Positions 18,332-27,143 of a DNA stretch of 64,000 nt are shown here, piece by piece. The notes under the pieces were generated by a model. That model did not search any database. It saw only the letters and a program-made list of their open reading frames with translations, and was not told the origin of the DNA. The position numbers and the translations under genes are program-made. Each line of letters opens with the position of its first letter. Position 1 is the first letter of the stretch. Origin of the DNA: a virus; the IMG/VR virus record IMGVR_UViG_3300049893_001984, positions 128,335-192,334 of that record; one strand, 5' to 3'.

Positions 18332-19491
18332 AGCAGGGGCACCTCGATGACGTGTTGTTTCCTCACAGATTCGATCACGGATCTGGCGTGACCACCTTTC
18401 AACAAACTAAGGACAAAGGAATGAAGCGCTGGGTCTTTTTCCCTGGGTAGAAGTTGCCCCAAGCACTGTTCCATGGTCTGGTGGGAAACCTTGGCAATAG
18501 CACCCATGTCAGGAAGTTCGCTCTCCAGGACAGTGGGTTTAAACATGAAATGAAGATTCCCCCCTATTGCTTTAAATGCATCCTGCACCTTCTGTATCGT
18601 TGCTTTGAATTTAACGACGATCAAAGAGTGCGGAGGCATGTTCTTGGCTTCGGCAATTGCCTGCTCCAACTCTGCATCACTTTGGATATTGAACATCTTG
18701 AACGGGCGGGTGTTTAGCTTAACCCTTTCCAAGACTATCTTGCGGTTTTTAGCGTCCCCAGAGATGTCAATCACGACAAAGCTCTTATCTGGGACTTCGT
18801 CTACTGACTGCATGGCGATGGATCCGGTGTATTCAACAATGGTTGTCTCACCGTTATTATGCTTTACAGTCTTAGACCAAGGTGCGTGGTAATCACCAAG
18901 CATTACCAGCTTTACGTGTGAAGGAACCCAGGCTGGATCAAAGTCCCAGTTGCTGTGTCCTTCAATTTCCGGCACAGTGCCGCGAGCCATCTGGTGTAAG
19001 AACAAAATGCTCACGTCTTCGGGTATAGCTTTTATTCGTGCTTCGAGTTCGTCTGCCGGTAAGTTGTCAAAGCAGATAAACTTTAAAGCGTGATCATTGC
19101 TGTAATACATCTCCTGAATTTCGTTGTGAACCCATCCAACGCTGGGGGCTATGCTTGTCCAGGGAACAACGACAGGCCTAGGCTTACCCTTATCATCAGG
19201 AAGAAGTACTGATCGAACACGACCGTGCTGGCCTTGTATGGCCATTGTTCTGACGGATGCATCATCAAGCCGTTTCATCTCGTCAATATAAAACTTTGCG
19301 GCATCAGACGGTGGTTCTGCATCAAAAACATCACCGATTAACACCAAACAATCTACAGCGTTGGCCTTGTCAACGCAGTAGTCAACAATCTGTTTGGCTG
19401 AGCTGTATGCGTCACCGCAAACTTCGGGATATGATTTCCAGGCACATGTGGCTAAGTGCCAGTCTCCGGATACGGCTATCCGCAAAGACAT
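18328..19491 (-). CDS. sbcD: SbcD/Mre11-like nuclease
   Basis: SGDWH, IGDVFD, QGQHG, LHQ, GDYH, YTGS. Coupled to sbcC. Start at ATG 19491. Confidence 0.9.
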   Translation of the reverse strand: MSLRIAVSGDWHLATCAWKSYPEVCGDAYSSAKQIVDYCVDKANAVDCLVLIGDVFDAEPPSDAAKFYIDEMKRLDDASVRTMAIQGQHGRVRSVLLPDDKGKPRPVVVPWTSIAPSVGWVHNEIQEMYYSNDHALKFICFDNLPADELEARIKAIPEDVSILFLHQMARGTVPEIEGHSNWDFDPAWVPSHVKLVMLGDYHAPWSKTVKHNNGETTIVEYTGSIAMQSVDEVPDKSFVVIDISGDAKNRKIVLERVKLNTRPFKMFNIQSDAELEQAIAEAKNMPPHSLIVVKFKATIQKVQDAFKAIGGNLHFMFKPTVLESELPDMGAIAKVSHQTMEQCLGQLLPREKDPALHSFVLSLLKGGHARSVIESVRKQHVIEVPLL

Positions 19492-19492
19492 C

Positions 19493-20068
19493 TTACCTCC
19501 GTTTCGTCGCCCTCTTATTAACGGGCGAATGGTTTTCACGAGCCTCACGCCATCCCTGCAAGAACAGGTATGGTAACGGATCCATCACGGGTTGAGATGC
19601 ACACAGGTTTTCAGGTCCGCGCTCCATATAAGCGTCGGGCTCTGATGAGTCCAAATAGATCCATGTGTTGTTCGCATGGTTCCACCTTGACATTCCCGTT
19701 ATGTATATTGCTTGCCGACCGTACTGGTCGAGTTTCATGGGTTTCTGTGAGATGTCGATCACATACCCATCTTTAACTTCATTTACATTAGCGAGGATTG
19801 CCATGTAAATGAAATCTATCTCTGCGAGGTCCGAGTCTCCGAAGAACCGCTTGCCTACGGTTTTGGCTATAGACTCGCGGGCTGCCGTATCCTGGGTCTC
19901 CAGGCGTAGAAGTTTTATCTCAACTAGTTTGTCTTCTGCCTTTTTGTCACGGCCGAACACAAAGATAGTCGGTACAAAATCCTCCACCCCATTGTGGATA
20001 GCGGCTTCATACTGCTCCGTGAGGTGGAGTAGTATGTTGTCGAAACTGCTTTCCTCTTCTCGTGCCAT
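19493..20068 (-). CDS. Hypothetical protein
   Basis: 191-aa ORF. Confidence 0.6.
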   Translation of the reverse strand: MAREEESSFDNILLHLTEQYEAAIHNGVEDFVPTIFVFGRDKKAEDKLVEIKLLRLETQDTAARESIAKTVGKRFFGDSDLAEIDFIYMAILANVNEVKDGYVIDISQKPMKLDQYGRQAIYITGMSRWNHANNTWIYLDSSEPDAYMERGPENLCASQPVMDPLPYLFLQGWREARENHSPVNKRATKRR

Positions 20069-20208
20069 GGCGTTACCCTTGTCTTCCTTCTCGGAGCATA
20101 GACTTTACGTAACCTTCACGCTCCGTTAATTATATACACAAGAGCAAGAAGGCTGAGGTTATTCTGCCTCAGCCTTCTAAAATCGCCATTAAGTTAATAA
20201 AAATTTTA

Positions 20209-20448
20209 CTAATTGTCTTTCGCAGCCAGCTTCTCTTTCTTCTTGACGACAGCTTCCTGCTCCTCCTGCGTACGGTTTAAACGTGTGTTTAACTCCGTAA
20301 CGAGATTGGCCGCGATCTCAGCGCATTTGGCCGTAAGCTTGTCAACTGAATCAAGTGACACGTCTTTCAGGTCAACCTTCTGAACAAGTTCGATCTTTGT
20401 CATCGGGTTTACCTGGTGTGTCATCTTCAGTGTGATTGGTGCCATCAC
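20209..20448 (-). CDS. Hypothetical protein
   Basis: 79-aa ORF coupled to the upstream stop. Confidence 0.55.
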   Translation of the reverse strand: MMAPITLKMTHQVNPMTKIELVQKVDLKDVSLDSVDKLTAKCAEIAANLVTELNTRLNRTQEEQEAVVKKKEKLAAKDN

Positions 20449-21020
20449 GCTAGTTCCCCCTTCATTCTTCTAAGTGCTTCTTCTACCTCACGTTGAACCC
20501 ACTGAAGGCCAACATGTGCTGATGTATGAAGCACGTTCGAATGCGTGGGCACCTGAACAGCTACACCACCAGCTTTACGCCAAGCAGCTATCTGCTTATC
20601 GGAGTCGTCAATGAGAAGCCTGTTTGGCGCGGCTAGCTCATGTTTTTCCCTAATAAAGACAAATTTATTCTCCATGCCGTAAGGCAGGAAGTTCTCCAGC
20701 CATAACATCTTTCCGGCGACCCCAGCTATACCTTTGGGGGGCGAAGTGCAGATGTATGTGTCTCCCTGCGTTGTCAAGAAGTTGTAAAACTCCCTGGCAA
20801 ACGGTTTAAGCTCAAGTGTAGCCCAAAACTCTACGCTCAAGTTGTTCAGTACTTCAAAGAACCTTTCCTGCGGAAACCCGAGTGTGTAGGTGTTTCCATA
20901 GCTTGTTGGCGGTGGCTTGCTGAGAAACTCAGGCATAGATGTGCCCAGTAGGTTCAGCGCTGGTGATGTAAAATCAACCAATGTGTCATCTAGGTCTACG
21001 AATATCTTTACCTTACTCAT
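20445..21020 (-). CDS. 5'(3')-deoxyribonucleotidase (HAD)
   Basis: IFVDLDDTLVDF, CTSP, GKMLWL, LLIDDS. Confidence 0.88.
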   Translation of the reverse strand: MSKVKIFVDLDDTLVDFTSPALNLLGTSMPEFLSKPPPTSYGNTYTLGFPQERFFEVLNNLSVEFWATLELKPFAREFYNFLTTQGDTYICTSPPKGIAGVAGKMLWLENFLPYGMENKFVFIREKHELAAPNRLLIDDSDKQIAAWRKAGGVAVQVPTHSNVLHTSAHVGLQWVQREVEEALRRMKGELA

Positions 21021-21086
21021 GTCAACCTCAAGGTTTAAACCTGGGACGGTGCTAGAACACCGCCCCAGGTCCCGTCTAAACACAGG

Positions 21087-21965
21087 CTATACCGTTTCGA
21101 GCCACTCTCGGAACGGGCAATCCTTCAACAAAGATTCCCTATTTATCCAAGCTTTGTGCTCTCTGCTAAACGTTTTCCTGTAGGGGAGCCACCCTACGTA
21201 ACAGCCTGTGTCCAGCAGTTCCGGCTTTCTACTGTCAACCGCCTTAGCACAATGCTCAAACGGTGACCAATGCCCATCGTTTGCCAGATTGTCGTGCAGC
21301 TCAATATCCTTTTTGAAGTCTATCAAGCCCTCGTGGTTTAGATAAGATGTACGCGCACATCGTGCTGTACATATCTTTAACTTATCCTCCACGGAAATTC
21401 CTTCTTCCTTGATGGTGTCACTAAATGGCATGTGCCATTGCCCAAAATTAAGTATGGATGGGGTGCTCTCCACCATACGTTTAAGCATCAACCAGGCAAT
21501 CCTTTGCATCTCAGGTTGAGCTTCCTTTGAACACCTGAGGGAAAAGAAGTTGTCCCAGGCTGTGGCTGTTATAACAACGGTGATCGTGTTAAAGGGTTCG
21601 ATCACTCTGTTTAGCCACTGCTTGTGCACTCCTATCTCGAGGAGGCGCTCTCCCGCTGACACCGACTCTTGGGCAATTCTACTCCACTCCTGCTCAGCTG
21701 CGGTCGCTGCTGCTGCTTCCAGCGGGGAGTTTGACTCCATGCCCTTGTTATTCGCTCCCCACTCGATCGGTACAACTGGATTTTTCCTTACCCTGCTTAT
21801 CGTCTTTGCAGCAGGCATGGCCCTCGACGATTCGCTGTTTCTAGCAAACACCCGGTGTGTCATCATTTCCGAGTGTATAAACCGAGGGTAAGTGACCAAC
21901 ATTGTAGTTATTCTGTCCACTGAGGGGCTCAGGCTATCTGCTATTACTCGGGCTGAGTAGTGCAC
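21087..21965 (-). CDS. thyX: FAD-dependent thymidylate synthase ThyX
   Basis: TYPRFIHSEMMTHRVFARNSESSRA, ARCARTSY, HWSPFEH. GTG start at 21965 with GGAGG SD. Confidence 0.9.
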   Translation of the reverse strand: MHYSARVIADSLSPSVDRITTMLVTYPRFIHSEMMTHRVFARNSESSRAMPAAKTISRVRKNPVVPIEWGANNKGMESNSPLEAAAATAAEQEWSRIAQESVSAGERLLEIGVHKQWLNRVIEPFNTITVVITATAWDNFFSLRCSKEAQPEMQRIAWLMLKRMVESTPSILNFGQWHMPFSDTIKEEGISVEDKLKICTARCARTSYLNHEGLIDFKKDIELHDNLANDGHWSPFEHCAKAVDSRKPELLDTGCYVGWLPYRKTFSREHKAWINRESLLKDCPFREWLETV

Positions 21966-22281
21966 TTTTTGCCTCCAGGGTCTTGCGCTCTTTGACTGCA
22001 GTCGAGCTTGTTGATGTGGTTGCCGGTTTTGGCTCGGCATGTTGCTGGAGCCACTCCCAAAACATTGTGGCCTGTGCGCTGTGTAGCGTGTATTCAAGCT
22101 TGGGGTTGGAAAGGAAAGCGTACACCAAGTTCGGAAGCTTACTCAGTTCTTCTTGACTGTTAAGATCTTCGACAAGGTAGTTCAACTTGACAAAGGCAAG
22201 CTGGTCGGCCCTGATCAGGATTTCTTCTTCTTCATCACAAAAAGCCGGTATTCTGCACAATGTTGAGCTGTAAAGCGCCAT
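21934..22281 (-). CDS. Hypothetical protein
   Basis: 115-aa ORF with SD. Confidence 0.55.
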   Translation of the reverse strand: MALYSSTLCRIPAFCDEEEEILIRADQLAFVKLNYLVEDLNSQEELSKLPNLVYAFLSNPKLEYTLHSAQATMFWEWLQQHAEPKPATTSTSSTAVKERKTLEAKSALLSPSNSR

Positions 22282-22295
22282 CTTTCGTTCTCCTC

Positions 22296-22859
22296 TTAAA
22301 ATCTCAAATCCAAAAGAACCCCAAAAACGTGGTCAGTTTTGCTCAGTTGAAGCGGATCCCTCTTTCTGTTTTCCCGGTAGTCGTACACTCTGGCATCCAC
22401 TGTTGCGTCCGCAAGACTCCTTCCTTCAACAAAATTTAACAAGTTTCTAAGTTTGCTGGCATTCCACAAGGCATCTTTAAATGTTGTCTCGTGGCACATT
22501 TCCTGCCCTGCCTCAGCAAGCCCAGCCACACCACGACCTAGCCTGTACATAACCATGAACGTGTCGTCTATGTCTGGCACAGAATCAGCCTCTCCTAAAG
22601 ATAGGACAGCCTGTCTTATGTGCTGCCAGTACTGCAAAGCAGTATCTTTTTCATTCTTGAAAGCTGTACGTATTGTCTCCCGGAAAATATCTGTTCCACT
22701 CTGTAGACAGAAGTGTTTGTTTTCAAGCTCCGGTAGACATCCTTCTACGTATACATTCTGCCCGTGCAGTAAGGTATACGCCTGCAAGAATGAAAGAGCC
22801 TGACCTTTTGCAGCCTCAGCGTCCTCCGCATCAACTAGAACAACTGGGTGTGTCCGCAT
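22296..22859 (-). CDS. Hypothetical protein
   Basis: 187-aa ORF. Confidence 0.6.
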   Translation of the reverse strand: MRTHPVVLVDAEDAEAAKGQALSFLQAYTLLHGQNVYVEGCLPELENKHFCLQSGTDIFRETIRTAFKNEKDTALQYWQHIRQAVLSLGEADSVPDIDDTFMVMYRLGRGVAGLAEAGQEMCHETTFKDALWNASKLRNLLNFVEGRSLADATVDARVYDYRENRKRDPLQLSKTDHVFGVLLDLRF

Positions 22860-23451
22860 AGCGTATCTCCTTTGGATAAAACAACTTATCCGTAAGAGCG
22901 TACACCTTGCTCACCAGTTGTTCAATTGTTCCTTCGTTTGTAACTACTTCGTCCCATCCGTCCCAATCCTTAAGCTCAGAGTCGGCGTCGTCATCAAACA
23001 TTTGCTCACTACTACGTGTAACCTTTACAAAAGTAGTGGCTCCCGTTTTCGACAACTTCTCCACTTCGTTCAAGAACCTAAGGTCAGTGACAATTAAAAT
23101 GTCTGGGTTTGTCAACGTGATGCGGTGCATGAATGAGTTTATCCATACCTCATTGCACAGGGATTTCCGCATCAACTTCGTCGCAAATTCTATCATCAGC
23201 TCCCGAACCGTCATGCCCAGTGGTTCGAGGTAATCACTCTTACGCTCCGGATACACTTCATAAAAAGCAGGACTCTTTACACCAGCCCAGGCAAACAACC
23301 TAAACAGTGTGTCCTTTACATCAAAAGCAATTGAATCAGATACAATGTTACAAAGTTTTAGATCTTCTTTTGACTTCAAGTAGTTGCGCATAATAGAAGC
23401 ACACAGATTCTTACCTGTACGCCTTCTATGTCCAAATGCAATTATTCTCAT
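22831..23451 (-). CDS. Deoxynucleoside monophosphate kinase
   Basis: IIAFGHRRRTGKN P-loop, RELMIEFAT, IVTDLRFLNE, WDEVVTNEGT. Confidence 0.85.
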   Translation of the reverse strand: MRIIAFGHRRRTGKNLCASIMRNYLKSKEDLKLCNIVSDSIAFDVKDTLFRLFAWAGVKSPAFYEVYPERKSDYLEPLGMTVRELMIEFATKLMRKSLCNEVWINSFMHRITLTNPDILIVTDLRFLNEVEKLSKTGATTFVKVTRSSEQMFDDDADSELKDWDGWDEVVTNEGTIEQLVSKVYALTDKLFYPKEIRYADTPSCSS

Positions 23452-23470
23452 CGCCCCCTCCTAAAACTTC

Positions 23471-23530
23471 GGGCGGGAGTGTAACTTCTTTATTAAAAAC
23501 GTAAAGTAAAGATTTATTACACTCCCGCCC
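23471..23530. repeat. 14-bp inverted repeat with 32-nt AT-rich spacer
   Basis: GGGCGGGAGTGTAA ... TTACACTCCCGCCC. Confidence 0.8.
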
Positions 23531-23536
23531 TTAAAC

Positions 23537-25408
23537 CTACCGCACCCACGGATCAGGCATGGCCAGTTCACGTCGCAGCCGCTCGACATTTTCTGCTTGC
23601 TCTTTACGAGCCCTCTCGTCGGCCTCTTTCCTAATTTTGACAGAAAACTCTGCCATTTCGGTCAGACGTTTACGGCATGGAAAACACGAAAATCGTACAG
23701 CCCCGTTTCGACTGTTTAACTCGAAGTGGTTAAGGCTGTATATGATTTCGTCAGGCGTCAATTTCTTTTTATGTGAACGTGCTTCAAACTCTCTCCCCCT
23801 AGAGCACAGGGTAGATTCACAGCTGTAGGTACTTGTTAACTCTATAGCTGCTCTAGGCTTCTTTGCTGAGCAGTTAAAGCACAGCAAAGGGCGCACTTCT
23901 GTCTTGTAATAGTCACGCAACCAATTGGTATACGCTACGTTGAGCGTAGTGACTGGACCAGCACAGCTAGTGCATTTTTCGCCAGGCACTTCAAGGAATA
24001 ATGCGTTACGGAAGTTGAGACTGTCAACAAAACACATGTAACACTGCTTATACCCAGCAGAAGCGCCTCTTATTCTTAGGGCGCCATCGTGCAAGCCGAG
24101 CTCGTCTTGTATGTAATAGTTCCCAAACAGGTAATAATCCATAAGGTCAACGTGAGCGCATAATTTATAAATTTTTGTGTTTTGAATAAACTGGTTAATG
24201 CGGTTTGAAACATCCATATGCGTACGACTAACACACACGTGTGGAGATAGGGGTATTGGTTTTATAACTGTTGTGTGCCAACAATCCAAACACATGCGTT
24301 TATCCCCACAAAGTTCTCTTAACTCTCTAGTGTATATCGGCGGCCGCATATTTAGATATTCTAACTCGGACAAAGGTCTAGCACATTGAAGGCAATTATA
24401 GGCCGTTAAAGGTCCGGGTATGCATGGCCCGTCCGGTCTAGTATGAAGGCCGTCGATACATATAGGCCAATTTATTTCTAAGGCCAGTGGTGCGTTCGGG
24501 GAGGGGAAACTGTCAAACAGATCACCTGGTTTTTCTATTAGTTTCTTTTGGTAAAGACCGACAGGGTCTGGCGATCTTTGGATTTTAGGCTCTAAAGAAA
24601 GCGTAAATACAAATTTAGGGCCTGTTTCTTTTGAAGGCGAAACTGGTTTAGGGCTGTCTTCGCCTCTCAAATCAGCGGGAAGCTGGTCAAAACAACCGCC
24701 ACAATACTTATCTCCGTTTATGTCTCTATACAATACGCTTATGGGGTAGAAGTCCCCGCATTCCTCGCATTGTTCTTCTTCTTCTGGTTCTTCTTCTCTT
24801 GTTTCTTCGTCTTCTGTTTCTTCTTCTTCGTCTTCGTTTACGTTATTTACAGGTGGCGTCAACACCCGACCGATAGCTATGGGATTAGAAGACGGATCCG
24901 AACCGGCGAGGCGAATTTTTATCTGCTCGCTGGTTGTGACGTTCTTCACGCGCGCGAAGAGCGTTGAGCGTGGGTCTGGCTTGGTACTGTAGTGGTTAGG
25001 CAACAGAACCCTTCGTACGTAGCGCAGTGACGCGTCGTTGAATATCTGGTCCTCTCGGTGCGACACGTGTTGAAGCAAATGCATTACGACCGAGCCTGCC
25101 AGCTCTCCGTGGAGTAATCGGTCGGCGCACTCAATCGCTGTATGTGGTTTGCGGAATGTGACATTGAATATTATGTCTGATTCAATCTTTGCCGGATCGT
25201 GTTTATATATTTTTAGGTTGTAGTGGCATTGTCTATCCACTTGCACAATAAATGTTGACGTACGTTCATCGTCAGTAACGATATAAATTATCGTACCGGG
25301 TAAAGGCCTGTTTATTTTTGCACAAAGTTCATCGGACTTCTTATTCATATCAACGATTGTGTTGTACATCTCAATCTGTTCATCTTTTGTTAGTAGCTTT
25401 GTATCCAC
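23537..25408 (-). CDS. Large multi-zinc-finger protein with acidic linker
   Basis: CEEC, CGGC, CLQC, CLDC, CYMC, CTSC, CFNC, CFPC. Poly-E tract. GTG start with SD. Confidence 0.65.
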   Translation of the reverse strand: MDTKLLTKDEQIEMYNTIVDMNKKSDELCAKINRPLPGTIIYIVTDDERTSTFIVQVDRQCHYNLKIYKHDPAKIESDIIFNVTFRKPHTAIECADRLLHGELAGSVVMHLLQHVSHREDQIFNDASLRYVRRVLLPNHYSTKPDPRSTLFARVKNVTTSEQIKIRLAGSDPSSNPIAIGRVLTPPVNNVNEDEEEETEDEETREEEPEEEEQCEECGDFYPISVLYRDINGDKYCGGCFDQLPADLRGEDSPKPVSPSKETGPKFVFTLSLEPKIQRSPDPVGLYQKKLIEKPGDLFDSFPSPNAPLALEINWPICIDGLHTRPDGPCIPGPLTAYNCLQCARPLSELEYLNMRPPIYTRELRELCGDKRMCLDCWHTTVIKPIPLSPHVCVSRTHMDVSNRINQFIQNTKIYKLCAHVDLMDYYLFGNYYIQDELGLHDGALRIRGASAGYKQCYMCFVDSLNFRNALFLEVPGEKCTSCAGPVTTLNVAYTNWLRDYYKTEVRPLLCFNCSAKKPRAAIELTSTYSCESTLCSRGREFEARSHKKKLTPDEIIYSLNHFELNSRNGAVRFSCFPCRKRLTEMAEFSVKIRKEADERARKEQAENVERLRRELAMPDPWVR

Positions 25409-25427
25409 ACAGTTTCCTTTCTTTTGT

Positions 25428-25506
25428 GAAAGAGGGACTTCTAAAATCGGTCCAGTTTTTCGAAACTTAAGTGGAGAAAAATGGACGACTTTTAGGAGTC
25501 CCTTTC
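25428..25506. repeat. Long imperfect inverted repeat in divergent intergenic region
   Basis: GAAAGAGGGACTTCTAAAATCGGTCCAGTTTTTC vs GAAAAATGGACGACTTTTAGGAGTCCCTTTC, 14-nt loop. Confidence 0.7.
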
Positions 25507-25652
25507 TTCTTTAGAAGAAGCGGATGGTTTTCCGACAGTTTTCAGCAGAAGGTACCCCCCTTGAATCTGAAAACCGGATTTGCATTAGACAGATCAAGAA
25601 TCTCGATTATTCTAGCCTCTGTCAGTTTCACCCAACCAGCTTGGAGAACCGA

Positions 25653-26633
25653 ATGCCTCGCTCGTCCACTCTCACAATCCAGTCCTTGGCAGACGTATTC
25701 ACAGCCCATCACAAAGCTCCCGCCGTATGGGTAGCTTTAACCCTGTTAGCTGCTGATCGTGGTACGGTCTGCCTTTCCCTTAACCGTAAGGCCATCGCAC
25801 GTTACCTTAACGTTAAGACACAAAACGCTTTACGATGGATTGGCACGTGTATACGAGTGTTGGAGAAAGCAGGCTGGGTACGTACGGCAAAACACACTGT
25901 GCACACGGCGAAAGGTCCACGCACTGTGCGTCGGGTTTGGCTCTTATTCCATTGGCAGAACTCATCACCAAATCTTATGCACCCGTTAGTTGATGCAACC
26001 ATGCCGAAAGGCCGAAAGGCAACAGCAGGTAAATCTAAGAAGGGCAATAAGGCCGTTGCAGACGCAGCTGTCGAGCTTAAACCCGTTAAAGCGGTGGAAA
26101 CGCCTGTATCGCCCGAGGAGGCTCGTCAGAGCCTCGTAAACGAGCTCTGGAAGCGTGTCTCTTCTTCCTACACGCAACCGACCTACGCAGACTTCTGGTC
26201 AGCAATACAGGACCACATTGTGCGTCTTGACTGGAATCCAGATACTGCAACGGTGCATATTGTTCTCAATTCACCTTTGGCGCAGTTACATACCAGGGTG
26301 GCTGAGCGGCGTGGTGTACTGATTAACCCACAAGTCTTTTATGCAGCCGCTAATACACTTCAATGGGATTACGAACCTTGTGATATCAATGACGTGGTTA
26401 TGACAGGGGGCCCGCTAACAGACGGGCCCCCCAGGGTCGATACGGACGAATCTGAAACCAGCGGTCAGCCTGCGGTTTCAGTTGATGGCCTGTTAAAGAC
26501 TTGCGCGCTTAAGTCTCTAACTCACCACGGTAACGCACTAGCCGAGGAAGAAGTAGCGCCCCTCCTCTTCAGCGTTCCTCCGCCATCTCTTGGATCCCAT
26601 GGAGATGGCCTCGTTGATCCGCTTGTTGATTGA
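25653..26633 (+). CDS. Winged-helix DNA-binding protein
   Basis: LSLNRKAIARYLNV...WIGTCIRVLEKAGWVRT wHTH pattern. ATG 25653 has a GGAG SD (track start 25524). Confidence 0.6.
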   Translation: MPRSSTLTIQSLADVFTAHHKAPAVWVALTLLAADRGTVCLSLNRKAIARYLNVKTQNALRWIGTCIRVLEKAGWVRTAKHTVHTAKGPRTVRRVWLLFHWQNSSPNLMHPLVDATMPKGRKATAGKSKKGNKAVADAAVELKPVKAVETPVSPEEARQSLVNELWKRVSSSYTQPTYADFWSAIQDHIVRLDWNPDTATVHIVLNSPLAQLHTRVAERRGVLINPQVFYAAANTLQWDYEPCDINDVVMTGGPLTDGPPRVDTDESETSGQPAVSVDGLLKTCALKSLTHHGNALAEEEVAPLLFSVPPPSLGSHGDGLVDPLVD

Positions 26634-27134
26634 TTTACACATACGCTCAACTGAGCGGGCCTTCTTACGATTGGAGGAGTAGCCCCACCGGTACAAGCAC
26701 TTTCCAATGCTTGTGTAGTGGAGCTCCGTTGCGCCAAGGTGCCTGTAAATAGCAGCCGCCGCCTCAAGCATGTCCAGCCCTGCAAGAGACGGAAGTTTCG
26801 ACCGGAGTTCGTAGCTCTCAACGACGGTCGTGTCATCGGTTATTGCGGTTGAGTTTGCAGGGCTTACAACAGGCGCAGCCTTAACCTGGGCTCTACGCCG
26901 CATTGTACGTGCAACTGATTCCCGAGAGTCCTCTGTTACCATCGAAGTCAAAAACTGTATCTGTGTCTGAACCTTGTCCAAGTTGACTTCGACATCATGC
27001 TTCAGCTTTTCCACCTCAGACCGGGTAGTAAGCAGATCTGCTTCCTTCGACATCAAATCAACCAGTGTTGGCTTCAAGTCAACCTGGATGACTTCCGAGT
27101 TATTGCTCTTCTCTGCAATTGTTGCAATTTCCAT
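26538..27134 (-). CDS. Coiled-coil plus HARE-HTH-like winged-helix protein
   Basis: MLEAAAAIYRHLGATELHYTSIGKCL...GRYFFL resembles HARE-HTH. Confidence 0.5.
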   Translation of the reverse strand: MEIATIAEKSNNSEVIQVDLKPTLVDLMSKEADLLTTRSEVEKLKHDVEVNLDKVQTQIQFLTSMVTEDSRESVARTMRRRAQVKAAPVVSPANSTAITDDTTVVESYELRSKLPSLAGLDMLEAAAAIYRHLGATELHYTSIGKCLYRWGYSSNRKKARSVERMCKSINKRINEAISMGSKRWRRNAEEEGRYFFLG

Positions 27135-27143
27135 CGTCTACTC

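Noticed and set aside
20147-20178. Hairpins at 20147-20178 and 47237-47260 as terminators
   Set aside because: Good stems but no convincing U-tract on the coding strand. Left unassigned.
24770-24967. Phe-rich plus-strand ORF as a membrane peptide
   Set aside because: Reverse complement of the poly-Glu tract.
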